DNA of 15,408 nucleotides from Polyangiales bacterium (lineage in GTDB: Bacteria > Myxococcota_A > Polyangia > Polyangiales > Polyangiaceae). The notes beneath the pieces are model-generated. The model did no database searches. It worked only from the letters and a program-made list of their open reading frames with translations, and was not told the origin of the DNA. The translations under genes were made by a program, and so were the position numbers. The stretch is taken from positions 1 to 15,408 of the forward strand of contig JBBRNJ010000132.1 in assembly GCA_038230375.1 (NCBI GenBank), in the 5' to 3' direction. Positions 8,895-15,408 of this stretch are shown piece by piece. Positions within the stretch are counted from its first letter, which is position 1. The number at the start of each line of letters is the position of its first letter.

Positions 8895-8907
8895 GAGCGC
8901 GAGGCTA
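8895..8907 (-). promoter_or_regulatory. Putative -10 element / shared motif TAGCCTCGCGCTC immediately before the GTG of the left aminotransferase
   Basis: TAnnnT hexamer 7 nt before the start and no Shine-Dalgarno. The first 11 nt are identical to 11581-11591. Confidence 0.55.
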
Positions 8908-8913
8908 CAGGAG

Positions 8914-9723
8914 TCAGTGCCGCAAGTAGAGCGCGTACTGGTTGGCGTTCGACGTGCCAGCGGTGCGTCGCACGCGCACGTAGAAGGTGCCCAGGTCGTT
9001 GCTTGCCATGCCGTTCGGGTTCACGCACGAGGAGCCGGCGTCGTTCGCGACGGTGTACGTCTTGCAGCCAGGTGCATCGAATGTGGTGGAGCCGTTCTGC
9101 GTGATGCAGACCTCCAGCACGTTGTCGCTGGGGAAATTCCCTGCGGAGAGGCATGCGGTCATCCCGCCTCCCGCGGCGGCTCCGCTCGCCGTGACCACGA
9201 ACCAGTCCTCGCGTCCGAGCGCGCGCGCGGCGACGTCGGTGTCGTGCGCTCGCTTGTCCCCGTAGAGCGGCGCGACGATGTTCTTGGCGTTCGCGTCTGG
9301 CAGCATGACGGCCACGGCGGTGGTCGCAGTGTCCTGGATCGGCACATCGTCGGTCTCGCACCCGTTGTCCGCCTTGCCGTCCAGATCGTAGTGCTCGCCA
9401 GTGCACTCGATGTCGCATGTGGCAGTCATGGTGGCGTCGCTGCAGGTGGCCAGCGCGGTCTTCATGTCCGTGGTCGCGCACGCCTTGCCGCACGCACCAC
9501 AATCGGTGATGGAGCCGAGCATGCACATGCCGGAGTCGTTACCGCCGCCGCTCTCGGAGGCAGAGCCCGCGTCGTTCGTGCTCCCGCCGTCCGCGGCGCC
9601 ATGGTCGCCGCTGGTGTCGCCGCCGTTCGCGCAGGCAGCGACCGCAGCGGCCCCGATCAGAGCGAAGACGAAGCCCCCGCGAAGGACGCGCTTCGTGATC
9701 TCAGACGGGGGAAAGGCGCGCAT
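8914..9723 (-). CDS. Cys-rich putative lipoprotein (myxobacterial type)
   Basis: Hydrophobic signal ending in VAAC (lipobox), Gly/Asp/Ser linker, DCGACGKAC and C..HYDLDGKADNGCE motifs. ATG 9723 is preceded by TACGCT. Alternative GTG start at 9792. Confidence 0.72.
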   Translation of the reverse strand: MRAFPPSEITKRVLRGGFVFALIGAAAVAACANGGDTSGDHGAADGGSTNDAGSASESGGGNDSGMCMLGSITDCGACGKACATTDMKTALATCSDATMTATCDIECTGEHYDLDGKADNGCETDDVPIQDTATTAVAVMLPDANAKNIVAPLYGDKRAHDTDVAARALGREDWFVVTASGAAAGGGMTACLSAGNFPSDNVLEVCITQNGSTTFDAPGCKTYTVANDAGSSCVNPNGMASNDLGTFYVRVRRTAGTSNANQYALYLRH

Positions 9724-9788
9724 GATGGGTTCAGCGTAGCGATTTTTGGCTGCACGTGCGAGAGGCGCCGTCACGGTGAGGCATGTGC

Positions 9789-10667
9789 TCACGCCGCCAG
9801 CACGAGACGCACGAAGACGCGTCCACTCTCCACCGGCTCGTCCTTGCCCATGAATACGCCCAGCGCGACGAGCTGTGCTGGCTGTGTTCCGTGCGCGGAT
9901 CGCTCGAAGAGGCGCGTGTCCACCCGCAGCACGTCGCCCGCGAAAGAGGGCCGGCGATAGCCAATCTCCATCGAGCGCGCACGCACCGCGAGCGGCCGCC
10001 CAAGCGTCGCCAGGCGGCGGAGCAGCGCCTCCTCGAAGAGCCGCGGGTACACCAGCGAGTTGACGTGCTGGTTCGCGTCCGTGTGCATCAGCCCCATCGC
10101 GAGCGGAACCTCGCCGCGCACGAACGCGGAATCGATCGCGGTCGCGCCCTCTGGCTCCACGATGACGGTGCGCGCGGGCTCGAACGGCTGCTCACCCTCC
10201 ACCATGAGGCCCGCCGCGACCAGGTCTGCGGGCAACACCCTGCGCTGCTCCTTCGGCGCGAAGGGCCGTGTGAAGACGTGCTCCGCGAACATGGTCCCGA
10301 CAAGGTCCACGGCGCCGGGAGCGCCGGCGAACACCGCGTGCCCTCCCTTCGCAGAGATGCGTGCGTGCACGTTGAACAGCACGCGCGTGTAGTCGTCAGC
10401 GATGCCGCTCAGCTGCTCGCCATACCCCTCCACGGTGTACGGACGGAACGGGCTCACCACGTGCTCGGTGACGTTGATCTTGATGCGCGACAGGATGGGC
10501 AGGATTCCCTGCTTCTGGAGCAGGTTCGGGTCCGGCACGTCGGCCAGCAGCGCGCGCCACACCGAGCCGAGCGCAGGCGGAATGCTGTTGATGAGGGCGC
10601 GGCCATCTTGCGCGATGTCCTCGTAGCGGAGCTGCAAGGTTCCTGCGGGTCGGTATTCGCGCGCCAC
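9789..10667 (-). CDS. Double-hotdog acyl-ACP/acyl-CoA thioesterase-like protein
   Basis: First hotdog LRYEDIAQDGR, second hotdog HTDANQHVNSLVY (DxNxHVN motif of acyl-ACP thioesterases), and IGYRRPSFAGD. GTG start at 10667 is inferred. Confidence 0.75.
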   Translation of the reverse strand: MAREYRPAGTLQLRYEDIAQDGRALINSIPPALGSVWRALLADVPDPNLLQKQGILPILSRIKINVTEHVVSPFRPYTVEGYGEQLSGIADDYTRVLFNVHARISAKGGHAVFAGAPGAVDLVGTMFAEHVFTRPFAPKEQRRVLPADLVAAGLMVEGEQPFEPARTVIVEPEGATAIDSAFVRGEVPLAMGLMHTDANQHVNSLVYPRLFEEALLRRLATLGRPLAVRARSMEIGYRRPSFAGDVLRVDTRLFERSAHGTQPAQLVALGVFMGKDEPVESGRVFVRLVLAA

Positions 10668-10674
10668 GGCAGCG

Positions 10675-10686
10675 GGACTATAGTCC
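10675..10686. promoter_or_regulatory. Perfect 12-bp palindrome GGACTATAGTCC containing TATAGT on both strands (putative bidirectional -10 or operator)
   Basis: Lies centrally in the 27-bp gap between the divergent GTG starts at 10667(-) and 10695(+). Confidence 0.55.
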
Positions 10687-10694
10687 GACGTGCA

Positions 10695-11252
10695 GTGAAG
10701 GAGAAGCGGCTGACGGTGCTGGGCGTGGTGGCGCTGGTGTTCTACGCCATCCACGCTTTTGTGTATTATACACTCATCGCGAAGACACCCCACGGGGCTC
10801 TGTGGGCTTGTCACGTTGGCTGCGCGATCGTGGGCGTGGGTTGTCTCTTGCGGCGCGCGCTGCCCGTGGCCATCGGGACGCTGTGGCTCGTCTACGGCGG
10901 CACCGTATGGTGCATCGATCTCTGGACGGGCGCGAACCTGATCCCCACGTCGCTCTTCACCCACGTGGGCGGGCTGATCGTGGCCGCGCTGGCGCTGCGA
11001 GAGCTGCGCTGGGTTCGGGGCGCGTCACTCGCGGCCACCGTCGCGCTCTTCATCCTGCTGGGCGTGACGCGCTTGCTCACGCCCGCGAGCGCGAACATCA
11101 ACCTGGTGTTCGCGGTGACTCCCGGATGGGAGCGCTCGTTCCCCACGTTCGGGCGCTACTTCCTCTTCCTCTTCGGCACGGCGTTCGCAGTCTTCGTGAC
11201 CGCAGACGTGGCCCTGTCCTTTGCGTTCAGCCGCCGTTCCCCAGGAGCGTGA
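10695..11252 (+). CDS. Integral membrane protein with WACH and H motifs (YwaF/TMEM164-like)
   Basis: About 6 TM segments, with motifs LWACHVGC, SLFTHVGG and NINLVF. GTG start at 10695. The family call is by motif resemblance only. Confidence 0.65.
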   Translation: MKEKRLTVLGVVALVFYAIHAFVYYTLIAKTPHGALWACHVGCAIVGVGCLLRRALPVAIGTLWLVYGGTVWCIDLWTGANLIPTSLFTHVGGLIVAALALRELRWVRGASLAATVALFILLGVTRLLTPASANINLVFAVTPGWERSFPTFGRYFLFLFGTAFAVFVTADVALSFAFSRRSPGA

Positions 11253-11523
11253 TCTGGTCGGCCTCGATGGAGAGCTTCTCGCCGCTCTCCATCACGAGCT
11301 CCACATGGTGCTTCGACACCTCCGTGGCCTTTGTCACCTGGTGAGACGCCTTCGCACCGCGCGTGAGGTCGAGTCGCCGGAGCCCTTCCGCGCGGATCGC
11401 ATACCCCTCCGCCATCTTGGGCGACGGAAGGAACGCCACCATCGCGGTGCCGTTGCGCCAGTGGATGGTCACGTTGTCGAGCGTCGCACCAGCCAGGTGA
11501 TCGAAATGAGGGTCGTGGCTCAT
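11227..11523 (-). CDS. Hypothetical protein (98 aa)
   Basis: ATG preceded by TAGGCT 6 nt upstream, GC3-rich codons, beta-rich pattern. 3' end overlaps the convergent gene by 26 bp. Confidence 0.65.
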   Translation of the reverse strand: MSHDPHFDHLAGATLDNVTIHWRNGTAMVAFLPSPKMAEGYAIRAEGLRRLDLTRGAKASHQVTKATEVSKHHVELVMESGEKLSIEADQITLLGNGG

Positions 11524-11580
11524 CTGTGGAGCCTATCCGACAGGCATTGAACAGGAAGGGCGAAAGGAACGAAGGTGAGA

Positions 11581-11592
11581 TAGCCTCGCGCC
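11581..11592 (+). promoter_or_regulatory. Putative -10 element / shared motif TAGCCTCGCGCC before the GTG of the right aminotransferase
   Basis: TAnnnT 6 nt before GTG 11593. Matches the motif at 8895-8907(-). Confidence 0.55.
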
Positions 11593-12969
11593 GTGAGCGA
11601 GACGTCCGCACGACAGCATCCGCAGGTGGTCCTCTTCGACCGTCACGTGAACCCCGCGTTCGTGCGGCTGCTCGGTACGCTTGGCTACGGCCGCATCTTC
11701 ACGCGCGCACGTGGCACGCGCATGTGGGACCACGAGGGTCGCGAGTACCTCGACATGCTGAGCGCCTTCGGCTCCACCAGCCTGGGAAACAACCCCGAAG
11801 AGCTGACAGCCGCCATGAAGTCGTTCCTCGACGACGACGCGGTGAACCTGATCCACATCGGCCCGCAGGTGCACGCCGCGGAGCTCGCGTCGGATCTCGC
11901 GGCGCTCGCTGGCGGTGACCTCGAGGTCTCCATGTTCAGTAACTCCGGCGGCGAGGCGCTCGAGGCTGCGATGAAGCTCGCGCGCGCCGCGACCGGTCGC
12001 ACCCGCATCGTCTACGCGAAGGGCGGCTTCCACGGCAGCGGCCTTGGCCCGCTCAGCATCATGGGCTCGGGACGCATGCGCGACGTGTTCGAGCCGCTCG
12101 TCCCCGACTGCGTCGAGGTGCCGTGGAACGACGCAGGCGCGATCGACACCGCGCTCCGCGAAGGCAAATGCGCCGCGGTCATCCTGGAGCCCATCCAGAT
12201 AGAGGCGGGAGTGCTCCTGCCGAAGGAGGGCTACCTTGCCGAGGTGCAGGCCATGTGCAAGAAGCGCGGCGCGCTCTTCGTGCTGGACGAAGTGCAGACC
12301 GGCCTCGGCCGCACCGGATCGCTGTTCGCGTACGAGCGGGAGGGCTTCGTCCCCGACGTGCTCGCGCTGGGCAAGGCGCTCGGGGGCGGCATGGTGCCCA
12401 TCTCCGCCACGCTCGCATCACGCGAGGTGTGGAACCGCGCGTTCGGCACCGCGGAGAAGTTCGACCTCCACGGCACCACCTACTCCGGCAACGCGTTCGC
12501 GTGTCGCACGGCGCGCACGGTTCTGCGGCTGATCCAGGAGAAGGAGCTCTGCAAGCGCGCGGAGCAGCTGGGCGCGCTGTTCCTGGATGCGCTGCGCGAT
12601 CGCGTCGGCAAGCATCCGTTCGTGCGCGACGTGCGCGGGCGCGGTCTCATCCTGGCGGTGGAGCTGGGCGCGGAGCCGCGTACGGGCGTGGGCAAGCTGC
12701 TCTCGGGCGTGGTGGACACGCTCTCCCGCAAGGTGTTCGGGCAGTGGCTCGCGGTGCGCCTGCTCGAGAAGAACATCGTGTGTCAGCCCGCTTCGCAGCA
12801 GTGGAACGTGCTGCGCCTGGAGCCCGCGCTCACCGTCACCGAAGCGGAGATCATGCGCACGGTAGAGGCCATCGGCGATATACTTGCAGAATACACGGAC
12901 ATGGTCCCGCTGCTGCGCGACGTGGGCCAGCGGCTGGGCAAGCAGGCCCTGAGCGGATTCTCGTTCTGA
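11593..12969 (+). CDS. Class-III PLP-dependent aminotransferase (PatA/HpnO/PigE-like N-terminus)
   Basis: RHVNPAFVRLL, GREYLDMLSAFGS, NSGGEALEAAMKLAR, GFHG, LEPIQIEAG, LDEVQTGLGRTG, LGKALGGG, HGTTYSGN, VLRLEPAL. Confidence 0.93.
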   Translation: MSETSARQHPQVVLFDRHVNPAFVRLLGTLGYGRIFTRARGTRMWDHEGREYLDMLSAFGSTSLGNNPEELTAAMKSFLDDDAVNLIHIGPQVHAAELASDLAALAGGDLEVSMFSNSGGEALEAAMKLARAATGRTRIVYAKGGFHGSGLGPLSIMGSGRMRDVFEPLVPDCVEVPWNDAGAIDTALREGKCAAVILEPIQIEAGVLLPKEGYLAEVQAMCKKRGALFVLDEVQTGLGRTGSLFAYEREGFVPDVLALGKALGGGMVPISATLASREVWNRAFGTAEKFDLHGTTYSGNAFACRTARTVLRLIQEKELCKRAEQLGALFLDALRDRVGKHPFVRDVRGRGLILAVELGAEPRTGVGKLLSGVVDTLSRKVFGQWLAVRLLEKNIVCQPASQQWNVLRLEPALTVTEAEIMRTVEAIGDILAEYTDMVPLLRDVGQRLGKQALSGFSF

Positions 12970-14030
12970 TGGGCCTGCTCCCGCGCCTTCCTCGGCTCGC
13001 CGATCTGGGCATGTCGCTCGACGACACGCTCCGCGATCTGTCGTTCGCGAAGGGCCTGGCGAAGAAGCAGCCGTTCCAGGTGCTGGTGCAGGTGACGAAC
13101 CGCTGCAACATGACCTGCAGCTTCTGCGACTTCTGGCCAAACCCCGCCCCCAAGAAGGAGGAGCTCACCACACGCGACTTCGAGCGCCTCTCCGACGAGC
13201 TCGCGGAGCTTGGCACCTTCCTGGTCTCCATCGAGGGCGGCGAGCCGTTCGCGCGCAGCGATCTCGCGGACATCGTCGGCGCGTTCGCGAAGCATCACCT
13301 GCCGGTGCTCTTCACGAACGGCTGGTACCTCACGCCGGAGTCCGCGAAGGAGCTATGGGGCAAGGGGCTCGCGCACGCGAACGTCTCCATCGACTACGCC
13401 ACCGCCGCACGCCACGACGCGAAGCGTGGCCAGCCCGGCGCCACGGAGCGCGCATGGCGCTCCATCGACACCTTCCTCGAGACCTCTCCGCACGGCGGAA
13501 AGCAGGTCCACGTGATGACCGTGTTCATGAAGGACAACCAGGACGAGATGGACCGCCTCTTCGCCCAGAGCAAGGAGCACGGCGTCTCGCACCAGGTCAC
13601 GCTGCTCTCGCTCGGCGGCACGCGCCGCGGACAGGGCGGGACGGATGGCCTGCCAGACGCTGATGCGGCGAAGCGGCTCGCGAAGCTGGTCGCAAGGACG
13701 CCGCATGTGCGCTTCTTTCGCGCCTACTTCGACGACGTCGCCGCGTTCGTCGCGGGGAAGAGCTTCACGGGTTGCGGCGCGGGGCGCGACACGTTCAACA
13801 TCGACCACGTCGGCAACGTGTCGCCGTGCATCGAGAAGATCGGCGAGAACGTCGGCAACGTGAAGACCGAGCCCATGAAGGCCCTCTACGAGAAGCTCCT
13901 TGTGGCGAACCAGAAGCTTGCAACCTGCAACGATTGCTTCACGGCGTGCCGCGGCTTCTCCCACGAGCTGGGAGCAGGACGCTCCGCACAAAACCTCATC
14001 GACCTCGGAACGCGCATGCGCCGCAGGTAG
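12969..14030 (+). CDS. Radical SAM protein with C-terminal SPASM/twitch-like domain
   Basis: TNRCNMTCSFC, EGGEPF, FTNG, VSID, CGAG...IDHVGNVSPC...GNV...CNDCFTAC. ATG is coupled to the upstream stop (TGATG). 353 aa. Confidence 0.9.
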   Translation: MGLLPRLPRLADLGMSLDDTLRDLSFAKGLAKKQPFQVLVQVTNRCNMTCSFCDFWPNPAPKKEELTTRDFERLSDELAELGTFLVSIEGGEPFARSDLADIVGAFAKHHLPVLFTNGWYLTPESAKELWGKGLAHANVSIDYATAARHDAKRGQPGATERAWRSIDTFLETSPHGGKQVHVMTVFMKDNQDEMDRLFAQSKEHGVSHQVTLLSLGGTRRGQGGTDGLPDADAAKRLAKLVARTPHVRFFRAYFDDVAAFVAGKSFTGCGAGRDTFNIDHVGNVSPCIEKIGENVGNVKTEPMKALYEKLLVANQKLATCNDCFTACRGFSHELGAGRSAQNLIDLGTRMRRR

Positions 14031-14065
14031 AAGCCGCGGCGTTTTCAGAAGAGAGTGGCATTGGC

Positions 14066-14536
14066 ATGCGATATTTCCTGGTCGACAAGGTGACGGAGTG
14101 GACGAAGGGCGAGCGCGCGCGCGGCATCAAGTGCGTGACGCTGACCGATCAGGTACTGCACGATCATTTTCCGGATCACCCCATTTTTCCAGGCTCGCTC
14201 CTGATCGAGGGGTTGGCGCAGCTCTCCGGATTCCTTATCGAGACAAGCCGCGCGCCTGGACTGGAGCGCGCAGTGCTCGCGCAGATCGACAAGGCGAAGT
14301 TCCACAAGCCCGCGTGGGCGGGCGATGCGATCGAGCTCACGGCGACCCTCGTGTCCGAGCTGGACGCCGCGGCCGTCACGGAGGTGACCGCCAGCGTGTC
14401 GGGCGAGCAGATCGCGCGCGCGAAGCTCACGTTCATGATGACGCGAGTCGACTCCACCGCCGTGCACGAGCAGCGCCGCGCGCTCTACCGCGTGTGGACG
14501 CGCGACCTGCCGAACAAACCGGAAGGCCTCGCGTGA
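14066..14536 (+). CDS. 3-hydroxyacyl-ACP dehydratase (FabZ-like)
   Basis: FLVDKV, HFPDHPIFPGSLLIEGLAQ (catalytic His and Glu retained), AKFHKP..GD. Confidence 0.9.
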   Translation: MRYFLVDKVTEWTKGERARGIKCVTLTDQVLHDHFPDHPIFPGSLLIEGLAQLSGFLIETSRAPGLERAVLAQIDKAKFHKPAWAGDAIELTATLVSELDAAAVTEVTASVSGEQIARAKLTFMMTRVDSTAVHEQRRALYRVWTRDLPNKPEGLA

Positions 14537-15324
14537 CCTCCGTGACCGCGCCGCACGAACCCAGCGTCGTGCTGACGGCGGCGCACGCGCTGACGCTGGA
14601 CAAGAGCCAGAAGACAATCGACCCCGTGTCGTTCCTCAAGGTGAGGAAGACGCGAAAGTACATGGGCACGCAGGACGACATGGCCGTGGTGTGCGTCGGC
14701 CGCGCGCTCCTGGAGGCAAAGCTCTCGCTCGCGGCTGGTGGCAGTGTCGATCCAGATCGCGTGGGTCTTTACGCCGCGATCGGGTTCATCCCATTCGAGC
14801 GCTCCGACATTGCGCCGGTGCTCGCGGCCTCACTCACGCTGGGCGCGTTCGACGTGCGTCGCTTCAGCAAGGAGGGCTACACGAAGGCGCACCCGCTCCT
14901 CACGTTCCGGTGCCTCCCGAACATGCCCGCGTACCACGTGTCCGCGAACTTCGGCATCACGGGCCCGTACCTGGTGACGTACCCCGGCGAAGGCCAGGCG
15001 TTCCTGGCGCTGGAAGAGGCGATGCTGGCGCTGCAGGACGGAAGCATCGACGTCGCAGTCGTCTTCGCGACGGCGCACCAGCGAAATTTCCTGGTGGAGC
15101 ATCACCACGCGCGCCTCGACCATCCAGTGGAAGCCAGTCACCTGCGCGATGCAGCATGCGCACTGGTCCTGGAGCGCGCGGACTCAGCAAGAACCCGAGG
15201 AGTGAAATCACTGGCGCGCCTCACCGAGCTGGACGTCCGCTACGAGCCCACCGATCCCCTGGAAAACGAGCTGATTCCGACTTCGACTTCGACGACGACG
15301 ACCTCGACTTCGACGACGACCTGA
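14533..15324 (+). CDS. Beta-ketoacyl synthase N-terminal-domain-only protein (chain-length-factor-like, no catalytic Cys)
   Basis: RKYMG..D.MAV, DPDRVGLY, LPNMPAYHVS..FGITGP, DAACALVLE. The usual TAC position reads PGE. No C-terminal KS domain. GTGA overlap with the FabZ-like stop. Confidence 0.8.
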   Translation: MTSVTAPHEPSVVLTAAHALTLDKSQKTIDPVSFLKVRKTRKYMGTQDDMAVVCVGRALLEAKLSLAAGGSVDPDRVGLYAAIGFIPFERSDIAPVLAASLTLGAFDVRRFSKEGYTKAHPLLTFRCLPNMPAYHVSANFGITGPYLVTYPGEGQAFLALEEAMLALQDGSIDVAVVFATAHQRNFLVEHHHARLDHPVEASHLRDAACALVLERADSARTRGVKSLARLTELDVRYEPTDPLENELIPTSTSTTTTSTSTTT

Positions 15325-15351
15325 ACCTCGACCTCGACCTCGACTTCGACC
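15277..15351. repeat. Degenerate TCGACY/ACG tandem repeat spanning the KS-like gene's stop codon
   Basis: ccgact tcgact tcgacg acgacg acc tcgact tcgacg acg acc tga acc tcgacc tcgacc tcgact tcgacc. It encodes the tail PTSTSTTTTSTSTTT. Confidence 0.85.
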
Positions 15352-15358
15352 TTCGGCG

Positions 15359-15408
15359 TTAGCCTACTGGGCGCAGGAGGATCACGAAGCGGGTTCCCGT
15401 TCCGTCTT
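15359..15408 (-). CDS. Probable extreme C-terminus of a sensor histidine kinase (HATPase_c), truncated by the window
   Basis: The minus strand reads DGTGTRFVILLRPVG* (TAA at 15361-15359), matching the GxGTxFxIxLP end motif of HATPase_c. Only 15 residues are visible. Confidence 0.4.
   Translation of the reverse strand, partial: DGTGTRFVILLRPVG

Noticed and set aside
11227..11523. Acyl carrier protein or RiPP precursor
   Set aside because: No acidic helical ACP pattern or DSL motif, and no leader/core pattern.
5306..14536. Assigning housekeeping symbols fabG, fabZ, argD, moaA or tes
   Set aside because: The sequences are divergent and the context is specialised. Orthology cannot be established without searches.

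Overview
High-GC bacterial DNA whose gene content (Cys-rich lipoprotein, GxQIGxxN repeat protein, TCGACY hexamer tracts) looks myxobacterial, possibly Polyangiaceae-like (inference). The core is an apparent lipid or secondary-metabolite locus built as two divergent, mirror-image arms. The left arm (minus strand) is class-III aminotransferase -> radical SAM enzyme with the motif set of the tetraether synthase (Tes/GDGT-MAS, MJ0619) family -> FabG-like SDR. The right arm (plus strand) is class-III aminotransferase -> SPASM/twitch radical SAM -> FabZ-like dehydratase -> Cys-less, N-domain-only ketosynthase. Between the arms lie a double-hotdog thioesterase, a membrane protein with a CH/H motif, a Cys-rich lipoprotein and a small hypothetical gene. 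A second SDR with a degenerate catalytic motif sits about 4 kb to the left. Both arms start with the same 11-nt motif (TAGCCTCGCGC) and end in a TCGACY tandem repeat. Many genes appear leaderless (TAnnnT 6-10 nt before the start codon). No ACP or catalytically intact KS is present in the window. All functional calls come from reading motifs; no database searches were run.
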